Made by a program: the position numbers and the translations under genes
Notes under the pieces: model-generated
Told to the model about the DNA's origin: nothing
Databases searched by the model: none
The model's input: only the letters and a program-made list of their open reading frames with translations
DNA from: Candidatus Woesearchaeota archaeon
GTDB taxonomy: Archaea > Nanobdellota > Nanobdellia > Woesearchaeales > GW2011-AR4
DNA: 64,000 bases
Assembly (NCBI GenBank): GCA_016187465.1
Contig: JACPJQ010000004.1
Location: forward strand, 176,806 to 240,805
Direction of reading: 5' to 3'
Shown: piece by piece, positions 38,361 through 47,561 of the stretch
Layout of the letters: each line of letters starts with the position of its first letter
Position numbering within the stretch: the first letter of the stretch is position 1

Positions 38361-39089
38361 ATGGAGTGGTATAAGTTGGGGCTAAGGAGAGAGTTTTCGG
38401 TTCACAAAAGAAAGACTGTGGAGTCTTTCGGATTTGTCAAGGCGGATATTTCTAGTGTTAACCTCAGCATAGAGCACATAAGAAACATGCTAACTGCAAT
38501 GGAATCAAAAATATCCATGCTTGAGAATGACTCAGCAGCTTTGCGCTCTTTGACTGAAAAATGCTCTTCAGACATCAATCTTCAGAAGAACAACAACTTA
38601 ACTTTATGGTCAAGAATTGAAAGCATAAACAAATTAATAGGAAGCGCTGTTGAATCATTGCAGTCATTCAAAAGCAAGATTGATAGCTTAATGTCAAAAA
38701 ACCAGCAAATGTCAAGTTCTATATTCAAAAATAATGAGTCAATAAAGAAAATATTGTCAGGCATGAATAAGCAGTCGCTCGCAACCAGAAAACTTAACTC
38801 TGCATTGCAAAAATCACAGCAGGAAGTTAAAAAATTCAAAAACCTTGTCAACAGAAAATCAAAAACCGCCAAGAGAGCAGATTCCGAGCTTGAAAAAAGG
38901 CTCAAGAGCCAGAACAAACGCTTTGTACAGCTAAACAGGAAAATAGAGGGAAAAAAGGCAACAAGGAAATCTTCAAGTAGAATTGTAAAAAAAGTAAAAA
39001 AAGCAGCGCCAAAAAGAAAAGCAGCAAAGAAAACTGCCACTAAAAAGAAGTTGGTTGAGATAATCACAACAAAGAAGTCTTTGATTTAA
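38361..39089 (+). CDS. coiled-coil protein with Lys/Ala-rich basic C-terminal tail
   Basis: Heptad-rich central region. Tail KKVKKAAPKRKAAKKTATKKK resembles histone H1-like or DNA-binding tails. Confidence 0.45.
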   Translation: MEWYKLGLRREFSVHKRKTVESFGFVKADISSVNLSIEHIRNMLTAMESKISMLENDSAALRSLTEKCSSDINLQKNNNLTLWSRIESINKLIGSAVESLQSFKSKIDSLMSKNQQMSSSIFKNNESIKKILSGMNKQSLATRKLNSALQKSQQEVKKFKNLVNRKSKTAKRADSELEKRLKSQNKRFVQLNRKIEGKKATRKSSSRIVKKVKKAAPKRKAAKKTATKKKLVEIITTKKSLI

Positions 39090-39108
39090 TTCTTTTACAT
39101 AAATATAT

Positions 39109-39290
39109 GCGTCGGCCGGGATTTTCATTGAGCTAATTTTGAACCCGGATAGTCGGCTTACCTCAAGCTTGGAAGGCCGAAGTCATTTATGGCAGCCTTA
39201 TTTTAGTGGGCTTGACGAACGAAGTGAGGAAACCCACAGTTTTGGTCAAGCTTTTCCTAAAAGGTTGTAGCCATTAGACCACCGACGCAC
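39109..39290 (+). ncRNA. GC-rich structured RNA candidate of unknown class
   Basis: A 182-nt GC-rich island in an AT-rich convergent intergenic region. 5' GCGUCGG pairs with 3' CCGACGC. Internal hairpins CCGGG/CCCGG, UCGGCUU/AAGGCCGA and GCUUGAC/GUCAAGC. An A/T-rich TATA-like stretch lies just upstream, and a T-rich tract downstream. The strand is uncertain. Confidence 0.4.
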
Positions 39291-39344
39291 AAGTAAGGTT
39301 TTCTATGTATGTTTATAAAATTAATGATTTCAAGAAACTTAGTA

Positions 39345-39788
39345 TTAAATTTTATCTTTTTTGTAATAATATTTTGATATTAAAATTCCAATAAAAACTC
39401 CAATTAGTCCACCAATTATTAATCCATTAAAACCGAATAGTAACCAACCACCAAAAAGACAAATAAGAGCTACAGTAATAATCAGTTTCCAATTTAATCT
39501 TTTTTTGTCTTTAGAAGGTTTTTTGTATTTTCCATAAAGAAAACCTATTGTAAACCCGTATAACATTATTGATATAGGGACTGTTATCAGATAAGTTAAT
39601 CCACCAAACCCTTCACAAATTCCCTTACATAAAATAATGCCAATAGGGTCTATGTATGGTAGGTACAATAAAGGAAGGTACAGGTCATTATCATCAATTG
39701 CACCAGATCTGCCTAATTCAATAAATACTAAACCAATGGTAAGACTAATTAAAGTACTTATCAAGGCAAATTTCCATTTTTCATTCAT
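39345..39788 (-). CDS. small membrane protein (4 TM)
   Basis: Hydrophobic profile only. Confidence 0.4.
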   Translation of the reverse strand: MNEKWKFALISTLISLTIGLVFIELGRSGAIDDNDLYLPLLYLPYIDPIGIILCKGICEGFGGLTYLITVPISIMLYGFTIGFLYGKYKKPSKDKKRLNWKLIITVALICLFGGWLLFGFNGLIIGGLIGVFIGILISKYYYKKDKI

Positions 39789-39851
39789 TTTGAATTAACA
39801 AATATGTATTAATTTAAACTTTTCGGTAATCAACAAATTTAGAATTATTTT

Positions 39852-41048
39852 CTATTTGCTCGTCACAATCTCCACTACATCCCTGTGCTTCAGTAAATGC
39901 TCTTTTCCGACAGGCCTTTTGCTTTTCACGTCTATCGCCTTTATGAAATGATTGCCAATGTCTGTATGCAGCTTAAACGCAAAGTCAAGGGCTGTAGTGT
40001 TCGGAGGCATCAAAAAGCAGTCCGGAATCACATTGCCGTGCTGGTCTGCCAGCTTGTTAACTCCGCCGGGAAATATGGCAATGTACTTCAATAATTCAAA
40101 AACAGCAATATCAAGAACCTTTTGCACTCCAGTTGAGCCAAATTTTTCAAGAATTTCTGTTTTTATGAAATTTAGTGCATTTTTCTGTTTGTCGCTTAGC
40201 TTATCTTCACTGATGATTTTGAAGTCAGAATCTCCTGGAATATAATCAATCAGTCCGTGCTTTGCAGCCTCCCTTAATGCCAGCTCAGCCTCTGCGCTGC
40301 AGCCAATAAGCATATACTGCGGAAATTCCTTCTTCAGCCTTTCAAAGTTTTCATGCGCCCCTTTGACATCTATCTTGTTGCACGCAATAACCATTGGCTT
40401 TGTTATTTTTCTCAGCTCTGTTGCTATTCTCAAAAGCACGCTCCTGTTCCATTTCATTATATCCAAATCCAGGCTTAATTTTTGGATTACTCTCTCCATT
40501 AATTGCTCAGTAACCCTAAGGGAACTCAATTGTTTTGCGACTGCCTTGTTCAGCTCAGGTTTTTCCTGGTTTACAGTTCTTGCAAACCTTTCCCAGCCTT
40601 TCTCAATCAGCCTTAAGTACCACATGTCAAGCTCGTGCTCAAGAAACTTAATGTCATTTGCCGGGTCATAGCTCAAAGCGGGAACTTGCTCGCCTTTTTC
40701 ATTTGTGGAGCCAGCAGCGTCTATGATGTGTATAAGCACATCTGCCTGATTCAGGTCGTCAAGAAACTGGTTGCCCATTCCCTTGCCTTCGTGAGCCCCA
40801 GGCACCAGTCCTGCAACATCCAGCAATTCCACTGGCACAAACCTTTTGCTGTTGATGCAGTATCCAAATCTCGGATTGCACTTTACATTGAATTCCTTGT
40901 CAACGCAGTCTACTCTAACATAACCTGTGCCGTGATTCGGCTTTATTGTAGTGAATGGATAGCTTGCTATCTCAACATTTGCTAAAGTCTGCGCTTTGAA
41001 GAAAGTGCTTTTTCCGCAGCTGGGCTTGCCCACTATTCCGATTAGCAT
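39852..41048 (-). CDS. Obg-family GTPase (YchF/Ygr210-like) with C-terminal TGS-like domain
   Basis: G1 motif GIVGKPSCGKST, G3 motif DVAGLVPGA, and NKID (G4). Confidence 0.7.
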   Translation of the reverse strand: MLIGIVGKPSCGKSTFFKAQTLANVEIASYPFTTIKPNHGTGYVRVDCVDKEFNVKCNPRFGYCINSKRFVPVELLDVAGLVPGAHEGKGMGNQFLDDLNQADVLIHIIDAAGSTNEKGEQVPALSYDPANDIKFLEHELDMWYLRLIEKGWERFARTVNQEKPELNKAVAKQLSSLRVTEQLMERVIQKLSLDLDIMKWNRSVLLRIATELRKITKPMVIACNKIDVKGAHENFERLKKEFPQYMLIGCSAEAELALREAAKHGLIDYIPGDSDFKIISEDKLSDKQKNALNFIKTEILEKFGSTGVQKVLDIAVFELLKYIAIFPGGVNKLADQHGNVIPDCFLMPPNTTALDFAFKLHTDIGNHFIKAIDVKSKRPVGKEHLLKHRDVVEIVTSK

Positions 41049-41090
41049 GATGCAAGAATATAATAGACAAATAAAAAGGTTTCTTCTTAA

Positions 41091-41423
41091 TTAAGATAAC
41101 GTGTAAATCCCACCAGTTTTTGGGTCATGGAATAATGGTTTTTTTAAATCATAATGTGCCATTTCTATGCCTGCATGTCTGTAATCTTCAGAGATTAAAT
41201 GGCTGTATTTTTGATGAAGTGCTAAGATTAATCTATCCCGAAAATTTGGTTCTTCTTGAATTGGGTGATCACCCATTAACTGGTGTGCTTGGTTTGCCAT
41301 GTCTATTGCACATTGGTTGATTTCAAGTAAGTGGGCTCGTCTGGCAAATTCCGCTAACTTTGGTCCAGATGTATGATTTACTAAGAAAGTTAAAACAGTT
41401 TCCAATGCCGCTTTATTACTCAT
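41091..41423 (-). CDS. hypothetical protein
   Basis: 110-aa ORF in a slightly GC-richer block. Confidence 0.35.
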   Translation of the reverse strand: MSNKAALETVLTFLVNHTSGPKLAEFARRAHLLEINQCAIDMANQAHQLMGDHPIQEEPNFRDRLILALHQKYSHLISEDYRHAGIEMAHYDLKKPLFHDPKTGGIYTLS

Positions 41424-41516
41424 TTTTTTATTTATTAAACTCTGTTTATTTAAGCTTTTCTGTAAAAATTTTCAAAAATCGAAACCTTTATAAACATATT
41501 TTTCAATGAAAGGAGC

Positions 41517-42119
41517 ATGGCATCGCATCCAATACAAATTCCCGAGTTCAAGATTAAATACAGCGATGTTTTCTCCTTAAGGAACTTGTACATCATGCTT
41601 CACGAGATGCTTCTGGAAGAAGGGTGGATGGGCCCTGATAGCGAGAAAGATCATGAGGACATAGAGACCCTTTATTCCGAAAATGTTTATCAAAGAGGAA
41701 TACACAGAGGCGGGAAAGAGCTTTGGTTCTGGTGGCGCGCATTTAAGTTTCCCGAGGGCAAGTACAGCGGCTATTTCCGAAACAGGCTTGATATAGATGC
41801 CCATGTTGTTTACCTGCAGAATGTTGAGGTTGTTCATCAAGGGCACAAGATAACTGCTCAAAAAGGTGAGATTGAGATGTTCTTTAGGGCGCGTATAGAC
41901 ACAGATTACAAAGGTGAATGGGAGCACCACAAATTCCTGAAGTACATGAAGCCGATTTACGAGAACAGGATTATGCACTCAGAGATAGAAAAAAGGGAAA
42001 AGGAGCTTTGGCGCGACGCTTACCGGATACAGTCCAAAATCAAGCAGTTCCTGAATTTCAGGACTTTTGTGCCGGTGCCCGAGCCGTTCTTCCCGAGGCA
42101 GTTCGGGTTTGAGGAATAA
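41517..42119 (+). CDS. hypothetical protein
   Basis: 200-aa ORF, Trp/His-rich, no motif. Confidence 0.4.
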   Translation: MASHPIQIPEFKIKYSDVFSLRNLYIMLHEMLLEEGWMGPDSEKDHEDIETLYSENVYQRGIHRGGKELWFWWRAFKFPEGKYSGYFRNRLDIDAHVVYLQNVEVVHQGHKITAQKGEIEMFFRARIDTDYKGEWEHHKFLKYMKPIYENRIMHSEIEKREKELWRDAYRIQSKIKQFLNFRTFVPVPEPFFPRQFGFEE

Positions 42120-42123
42120 TTAA

Positions 42124-42408
42124 TCAATTCGGTGGAGGGTATACTCTTTTAAGGATGGCATACTCCCTAGGAGCAATATAAGCAACTCTAACTTTACCGG
42201 TTCTAAAATCCCTCCACAGAGGTGAAAAATGTATATTGCCAACATACTCTTCTGATCCTGGAGTAAGTTCGGCAAATGTCGAGTTTGCATCTTGAACTAT
42301 TTCAAACTTTACATGGTGAGTCGCAGAATTAATCTCCCTCACTATAACATCTATTGAATTGTTAATATTTGCTCCTTCATCTAATCTGTGCTGCAATACT
42401 AATGCCAT
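42124..42408 (-). CDS. hypothetical protein
   Basis: 94-aa ORF. Confidence 0.3.
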   Translation of the reverse strand: MALVLQHRLDEGANINNSIDVIVREINSATHHVKFEIVQDANSTFAELTPGSEEYVGNIHFSPLWRDFRTGKVRVAYIAPREYAILKRVYPPPN

Positions 42409-42488
42409 TCGCCATGGTATATAGGTTTAATTTAATAATTTTATCATTCAAAACCTATATAAACAAAGTCTTAAACCTGATTGTTAAC

Positions 42489-42573
42489 GCCTCCGTAGCA
42501 TAGTAGCTATTGCGTCTGACTTGTATACCTGCAAGCCATCAGAAGGTCGCCGGCGCACATCCGGCCGGAGGCT
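42489..42573 (+). tRNA. tRNA-Thr(UGU) candidate with 12-nt intron after position 37
   Basis: Hand-folded cloverleaf. Acceptor GCCUCCG/CGGAGGC (7 bp), U8 A9, D-stem GCAU/UUGC, G26, anticodon stem UCUGA/UCAGA with loop C-U-UGU-A. A 12-nt insert UACCUGCAAGCC can pair with the anticodon (CUUG/CAAG), as in BHB introns. T-stem GCCGG/CCGGC, discriminator U. Total length is 73 + 12 nt. The D-loop and T-loop (CGCACAU) are atypical. Confidence 0.45.
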
Positions 42574-42601
42574 TAGTTTTAAATGAAACATTAAAAATAA
42601 A

Positions 42602-43072
42602 ATGCCAAACAAGGAAATAGAAAATCAATACAACGAACTTAGGAAGAAATTTAAGCTTCCTGAATTCAGGGAAATTGACTTTGAGATGGAGATAAGTGAT
42701 TTTGAGGAAACAAACTTCCTCCTGAGGGCGATTATAAGAAGAATAACAGAAAGGCTCGATTTCTACACAACTATGGTTGAAGAGGTTATTCAGCCTGACG
42801 CATCAAATCTTTACGCTATGCACGAGACAAGGCACTTTGACGACGTCGAGAAGAAACGGATGTTTGACCTCTATAGGAAGCTCATGGACTTCAACAGGCG
42901 CTCAATAGAGAACTCGCTTGGGCATGACGAGGGCAGCGAAGCAGGCTTAATAAATGATTTTTTTGATGAATGGAAAGGCATCAAGAAGGAACTGCTAGGA
43001 TTCGTTAAAAAAATGAGGGATTCATGGAAAACAGAAACAGATATAAAAGAGGACATTGGCTACTTGGGTTAA
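42602..43072 (+). CDS. hypothetical protein
   Basis: 156-aa acidic ORF. Confidence 0.4.
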   Translation: MPNKEIENQYNELRKKFKLPEFREIDFEMEISDFEETNFLLRAIIRRITERLDFYTTMVEEVIQPDASNLYAMHETRHFDDVEKKRMFDLYRKLMDFNRRSIENSLGHDEGSEAGLINDFFDEWKGIKKELLGFVKKMRDSWKTETDIKEDIGYLG

Positions 43073-43073
43073 A

Positions 43074-43727
43074 ATGCAGCTTATAATATTCGGCCCGCCG
43101 GGAGTTGGAAAAGGAACTTTGTCTGATTTGCTCGCTGACAAGTACAAGATTCCCCATATTTCAACAGGGGACATCTTCAGGAACGAGATAAACAGCGGCA
43201 ACAGCGAGCTTACCCAGTATGTTGAAAAGGGATTGCTAGTGCCAGATATGGTTGTCAACAAGGTAATAGAAAAGGCATTAAAGCAGGAAACTTTCAAGAG
43301 CGGCTTTATACTTGACGGCTACCCAAGGACGACCGATCAGGCAGAGTTTCTCGAGAATGCATTGTGGAAGCTGAAGAAGAACATCGACATAGTCCTGAAC
43401 CTTGTTGCCTCTGAAGAGGAGATTGTTGAGAGAGCCACCCAGCGCAGGATGTGCGGCAAGTGCGGAGCTTTGTACAATCTGGTCACAATGAAGCCTAAAA
43501 AGAAAGATGCTTGCGATAAATGCAACGGCCCTCTTGTCCAAAGAAAAGACGATGAAGAAGACACTGTGAGAAAGAGAATCCAGGTCTATCGGGAGGAAAC
43601 CACTCCTTTGATTGAGCACTACAAGAAGAAAAAACTGCTCATAGATGTTGACGCTTCAAAAAAGCCGAGGACAATCTACAGTGAAGTTTTGAAGATTATC
43701 GAAGCAAAAATTCCAAAGCAACAGTAG
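43074..43727 (+). CDS. adk: adenylate kinase (bacterial/eukaryotic type with zinc lid)
   Basis: P-loop IIFGPPGVGKGT. LID domain CGKCGALYN...CDKCNGPL. Start set at the internal Met at 43074. Confidence 0.9.
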   Translation: MQLIIFGPPGVGKGTLSDLLADKYKIPHISTGDIFRNEINSGNSELTQYVEKGLLVPDMVVNKVIEKALKQETFKSGFILDGYPRTTDQAEFLENALWKLKKNIDIVLNLVASEEEIVERATQRRMCGKCGALYNLVTMKPKKKDACDKCNGPLVQRKDDEEDTVRKRIQVYREETTPLIEHYKKKKLLIDVDASKKPRTIYSEVLKIIEAKIPKQQ

Positions 43728-44685
43728 CATAGCAGCTCTTCGGCAGAGTGAAATTCAATATGGCTTTTTTCTTATTTTTGTTCAATTCGTCATCATCTAT
43801 TTCTAAGATTCTAAATCTTAATTGGAAAAACAAGTCTCTAAAACTGCCTTCCGAGGTCAATTCCGGCATCTGGCTTATTATGAAGTCCCTTGGGTTGATT
43901 TCTTCTTTTTCTAGAATACTCTTCATTATGTTTTTTAATGTTTTGACTTTTATAGAGTTTAATTCAAAATCAAACCCAATTATTGGGATTTTTATGTTTT
44001 TCTTGATTTTATTGTTTTTCCGGTATTGAAGTACGATTTCATTGAACAAAAACGATTGATAAGAATGCACCAGCAGTTTTCTTGTTTTCAATGGGATAAG
44101 CCTTAACGCCCCAGCATAATTATTCCTGTTATTCTTTAAGTACTGCCCAATACCCTCTTCAACAGCGCCATTATTTTCCAGAATCAAATCAACTGCTTTA
44201 CCAAACTCTCTCTTTACTATTGCTTTCCCAATAAAATGGTTGTTTTTGCTGAACCTCTGCGGACCGTAAAGGTTAGGGATTATTATTTTTTTGTTTTGAA
44301 GTTTTTTTATTTTTTTAATTTCGTTATTGTTCAAATTTCGCATTGTTATCACAAACTCATTGCCTTCCAAATCCCCCAAAGAAATCGGCTCTTTTCCGTT
44401 TCCCAAATATCTCAATTCAATATTCTCAAATTCAATATGCTCAAAATTCCTGCTGCCCCTGAATATTGATATCTTCTGCTCAGTTTTCGCTAATTTGTCC
44501 TTGTTGCCTGCAAACCCAAAATTTTTCAGAGGTATTCTGAACCTTTTTGACAGAATTTGCAGTGCACCGATTGTCGTGTAATTGATTTTTTTGAGAAGGA
44601 AATAAGCATATTGTCCATTGCCTGCTTTAATATCGCTTACCTCTTTAACTATAAAGTCTTCCGGAATCTGCTTGATTTTGTGCAT
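43696..44685 (-). CDS. truD: tRNA pseudouridine(13) synthase TruD
   Basis: Blocks matching E. coli TruD: IPEDFIVKE, FGFAGNKDKLAKTEQ, EGNEFVITMRN and YGPQRF. Confidence 0.8.
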   Translation of the reverse strand: MHKIKQIPEDFIVKEVSDIKAGNGQYAYFLLKKINYTTIGALQILSKRFRIPLKNFGFAGNKDKLAKTEQKISIFRGSRNFEHIEFENIELRYLGNGKEPISLGDLEGNEFVITMRNLNNNEIKKIKKLQNKKIIIPNLYGPQRFSKNNHFIGKAIVKREFGKAVDLILENNGAVEEGIGQYLKNNRNNYAGALRLIPLKTRKLLVHSYQSFLFNEIVLQYRKNNKIKKNIKIPIIGFDFELNSIKVKTLKNIMKSILEKEEINPRDFIISQMPELTSEGSFRDLFFQLRFRILEIDDDELNKNKKKAILNFTLPKSCYATVALEFLLR

Positions 44686-44815
44686 GAAAAATAGAAAATA
44701 CGAGATTGTTTTTAAGTGTTACCGAGTGATGGCAATTTAAATCAGAAATCTATAAAAAGGATTAAATAATATATTGCTTATCCTACTTTAAAATTCAAGT
44801 TATCGGTGAAACCTA

Positions 44816-45361
44816 ATGAATACCTTGGAAAGCGAGCTGTGTTACATGGAAAAAATTCCTTACTATTTTGACAGACTTCAAGCTTGCAGAACCGTACTTG
44901 AAAAATGGTCTGAGACTCATCAAACTGTATCTTCTTTTGTTAAAGGAGATTTGTCCCCAAAAAAGTTTGTAATACAAGCAACCCCGTTATTGAAAGTTTT
45001 TATTCCTCACTGGATCAATGGCAATGATAAAAAGGTGTATGGGGAATTGACTCAAATTGTCGACCTCAAAGATAACCTGGAGAATCACGTGACAGTGTTT
45101 GGCAATCCTTTCGGTATGGCTTTTGTTCTGGGTTTGTTGACTCCGACCTTCGCGGCAGCTGCTTCTTACTACTCTGGAGGCGAGGTTGATTATTACGTTG
45201 TTGTTCAAACTGGGGCGTACGGGGCAAAATTGGGCGCATTAATAGGAACTGGGATATCGGTATGGAGATCTATAGAATTAGTCAAGGCAAGAGAGCAGGC
45301 GAGTCATATAGAATCTATAATCCAAGAGGTCAACCCCCAACCGGATAATTATCAATTGTAA
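44816..45361 (+). CDS. hypothetical protein with C-terminal hydrophobic/Gly-rich segment
   Basis: 181-aa ORF. Confidence 0.4.
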   Translation: MNTLESELCYMEKIPYYFDRLQACRTVLEKWSETHQTVSSFVKGDLSPKKFVIQATPLLKVFIPHWINGNDKKVYGELTQIVDLKDNLENHVTVFGNPFGMAFVLGLLTPTFAAAASYYSGGEVDYYVVVQTGAYGAKLGALIGTGISVWRSIELVKAREQASHIESIIQEVNPQPDNYQL

Positions 45362-45363
45362 TT

Positions 45364-46356
45364 TCACTTCCCAATCAGCTTAATCACATCAATCATTCTC
45401 TCGCTGAAGCCCCACTCGTTGTCATACCATGCAATAACCTTCACAAAATTTCCTTCAATCACGTTTGTAAGCCCAGAATCAAATATTGATGAATTCGGGT
45501 TTGTTATTATGTCCACAGATACAATAGGATCTTCTGTGTATTCCAAAACTCCTTTCAGGCTTTTTGCAGCGTTCTTGAATGCCTGGTTGATTTCTTCCTT
45601 TGTCGTGCTTTTCTCCAGCTCGCAGACAAAATCCGTCACAGAGCCTGACGCAACAGGAACCCTGAATGCCAGGCCGTCAATCTTGCCCTTTAATTCGGCT
45701 ATCACTTCCGCAACTGCCTTTGCAGCCCCTGTTGTTGTCGGTATTATCGACACTGCAGCGCTTCTTGCCCTTCTCATGTCCTTGTGAGGCGCGTCAACCA
45801 GTCTCTGGTCGGCTGTGTAGGCATGGATAGTTGTCATAAAGCCTCTTTTAATCTTGAAATTGTCATGAAGCACTTTGACGACAGGCGCAAGGCAGTTTGT
45901 AGTGCACGACGCATTTGAGACAATATGATGCTTGCTCTTGTCATACATTTTTTCATTGACGCCCATCACAATAGTTATGTCGTGGTTTTTTGCAGGAGCG
46001 CTTATCAGGACTTTTTTAGCGCCTGCCTTCAGATGCAGCTCAGCGCCTTCCCTGTATGTGAACTTGCCCGTGCTTTCAACTACAACATCTACCTTCATAT
46101 CTTTCCACGGCAATTTTAGAGGCTCCAAAACAGAAAGCACTTTTATTTTCTTTCCGTCAATTATCAAAGAATCGCCGTTTGCTTCAACTTTTCCGTCATA
46201 TCTTCCATGCACTGAATCATACTTGAAAAGATGCGCCAGAGTTTTTGCGTCTGTGACATCGTTGACAGCAACCCAGTTTATGCTTTTGTCTTTTATTCCT
46301 GCCCTTAGAACAAGCCTTCCAATCCTGCCAAAACCGTTGATTGCGACGTTAATCAT
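45364..46356 (-). CDS. gap: glyceraldehyde-3-phosphate dehydrogenase, type I (bacterial/eukaryotic-like)
   Basis: [12 protein letters not shown] motif and [12 protein letters not shown] active site. Confidence 0.9.
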   Translation of the reverse strand: MINVAINGFGRIGRLVLRAGIKDKSINWVAVNDVTDAKTLAHLFKYDSVHGRYDGKVEANGDSLIIDGKKIKVLSVLEPLKLPWKDMKVDVVVESTGKFTYREGAELHLKAGAKKVLISAPAKNHDITIVMGVNEKMYDKSKHHIVSNASCTTNCLAPVVKVLHDNFKIKRGFMTTIHAYTADQRLVDAPHKDMRRARSAAVSIIPTTTGAAKAVAEVIAELKGKIDGLAFRVPVASGSVTDFVCELEKSTTKEEINQAFKNAAKSLKGVLEYTEDPIVSVDIITNPNSSIFDSGLTNVIEGNFVKVIAWYDNEWGFSERMIDVIKLIGK

Positions 46357-46395
46357 AAGAAATTTTAACTATAACTTATATAAAAAGATTGCGCA

Positions 46396-47535
46396 CTAGG
46401 ATCCAGTTTCTCTTTTAATTATACGATTGATAGTTCTAAAGTCTATCCCCGTAATTCTAGCCGCTTTTTTCTTATTCCCTTTAGTTTGTTCTAAAGCCCG
46501 TCTCAATGCCAAGTCCCTCAGCTCTTGAACGTTTAGCGTAGGTAATTCACCATTGTGCCCATCCTTTTCAGATCCATATTGACCAATGCTTAAGTCATTA
46601 CTTCCAATACTGCCACCATTCAGAAGATAACTCTGGGCTTTCATGTAAAGGATTAATATTGCTAAAACTTCATCAGTTATTTGGTCAAAACCAAGTGATT
46701 TGCCCCTTAAAATAATATTTTCAAGTCCCCTAAAATTTCCAGGGAAATTTGTTGATTTAATTTCTTCCAATATTTTGTCCGAGATGAACCCACTGGTTCC
46801 TGCAAAATATTCCACAATTGCTTTTAAATCTTCACCAGCCCTCTCTCTTAAAGGTGGTAAACAAATAACAGTTTGTTCCAATCTATAGAATAAATCCTCC
46901 CTAAACTCCCCGATTCTTACAAGTTCAGCCAAATCTTTATTTGTTGATGCAATCACCCGCGTGTTGCTTAAATCTATATCCTTTCCCCTTCCAAGTCGAT
47001 GAAATCTTCTTTCTTCCAATACCCTTAGAAGCGTTTTCTGAACATCAAGAGTCATATCTCCAATTTCATCTAAAACAATTGTGCCGTCTACCGCTTCTTC
47101 AAACGCTCCGATTTTGCCGCTGGGATCTGCGCTGGTGAATGCGCCTCTGGAGTATCCAAACAATTCAGTGGAGAGAAGATCTTTATTGTGGAAGCTGCAG
47201 TTTACAATCACATAGTTATTATTTAAAGGTCTATGTCTTGTACTGTTATAGTGCAATGCTTTTGCAACTAACTCCTTGCCAGTCCCTGTTTCTCCAATTA
47301 AAAGTACGTGGGTATATTTGTTAATAGCCTGTTCAATTAGGTAGAAAACAGTAATCATATGCGGTGATTTTCCTATTATCTTTTTCCCAGTATCATTTAT
47401 ATTATAAACTCCTTTATCTTTATCATAGTGATCTATTCCGCCTCCCTTGTTTAGCTTATCAAACGCTAGAAATGCAAAAGCATTCTGCGCATTCTGAATC
47501 AATTTAAGATACTCCCCCATACTGTAAAAGAACAT
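46396..47535 (-). CDS. sigma-54 enhancer-binding-protein-like AAA+ regulator with C-terminal Fis-type HTH
   Basis: Walker A GETGTGKE. GAFTGA-type loop ELFGYSRGAFTSA. Walker B TIVLDEIGDM. RVIASTNKDL and FREDLFYRL. C-terminal KKKAARITGIDFRTINRIIK. The N-terminal domain is only about 75 aa. Confidence 0.8.
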   Translation of the reverse strand: MFFYSMGEYLKLIQNAQNAFAFLAFDKLNKGGGIDHYDKDKGVYNINDTGKKIIGKSPHMITVFYLIEQAINKYTHVLLIGETGTGKELVAKALHYNSTRHRPLNNNYVIVNCSFHNKDLLSTELFGYSRGAFTSADPSGKIGAFEEAVDGTIVLDEIGDMTLDVQKTLLRVLEERRFHRLGRGKDIDLSNTRVIASTNKDLAELVRIGEFREDLFYRLEQTVICLPPLRERAGEDLKAIVEYFAGTSGFISDKILEEIKSTNFPGNFRGLENIILRGKSLGFDQITDEVLAILILYMKAQSYLLNGGSIGSNDLSIGQYGSEKDGHNGELPTLNVQELRDLALRRALEQTKGNKKKAARITGIDFRTINRIIKRETGS

Positions 47536-47561
47536 TAATCCTTTTATAAACCTTGCTTTCT

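Noticed and set aside
39109-39290. Possibility that the GC-rich element is SRP RNA, RNase P RNA or a tRNA
   Set aside because: 182 nt is too short for archaeal SRP or RNase P RNA. The GGAAAC/CGGCUUA motifs are in the wrong order for RNase P. There is no U8/D-arm/T-arm arrangement for a tRNA. It is kept only as an unclassified ncRNA candidate.
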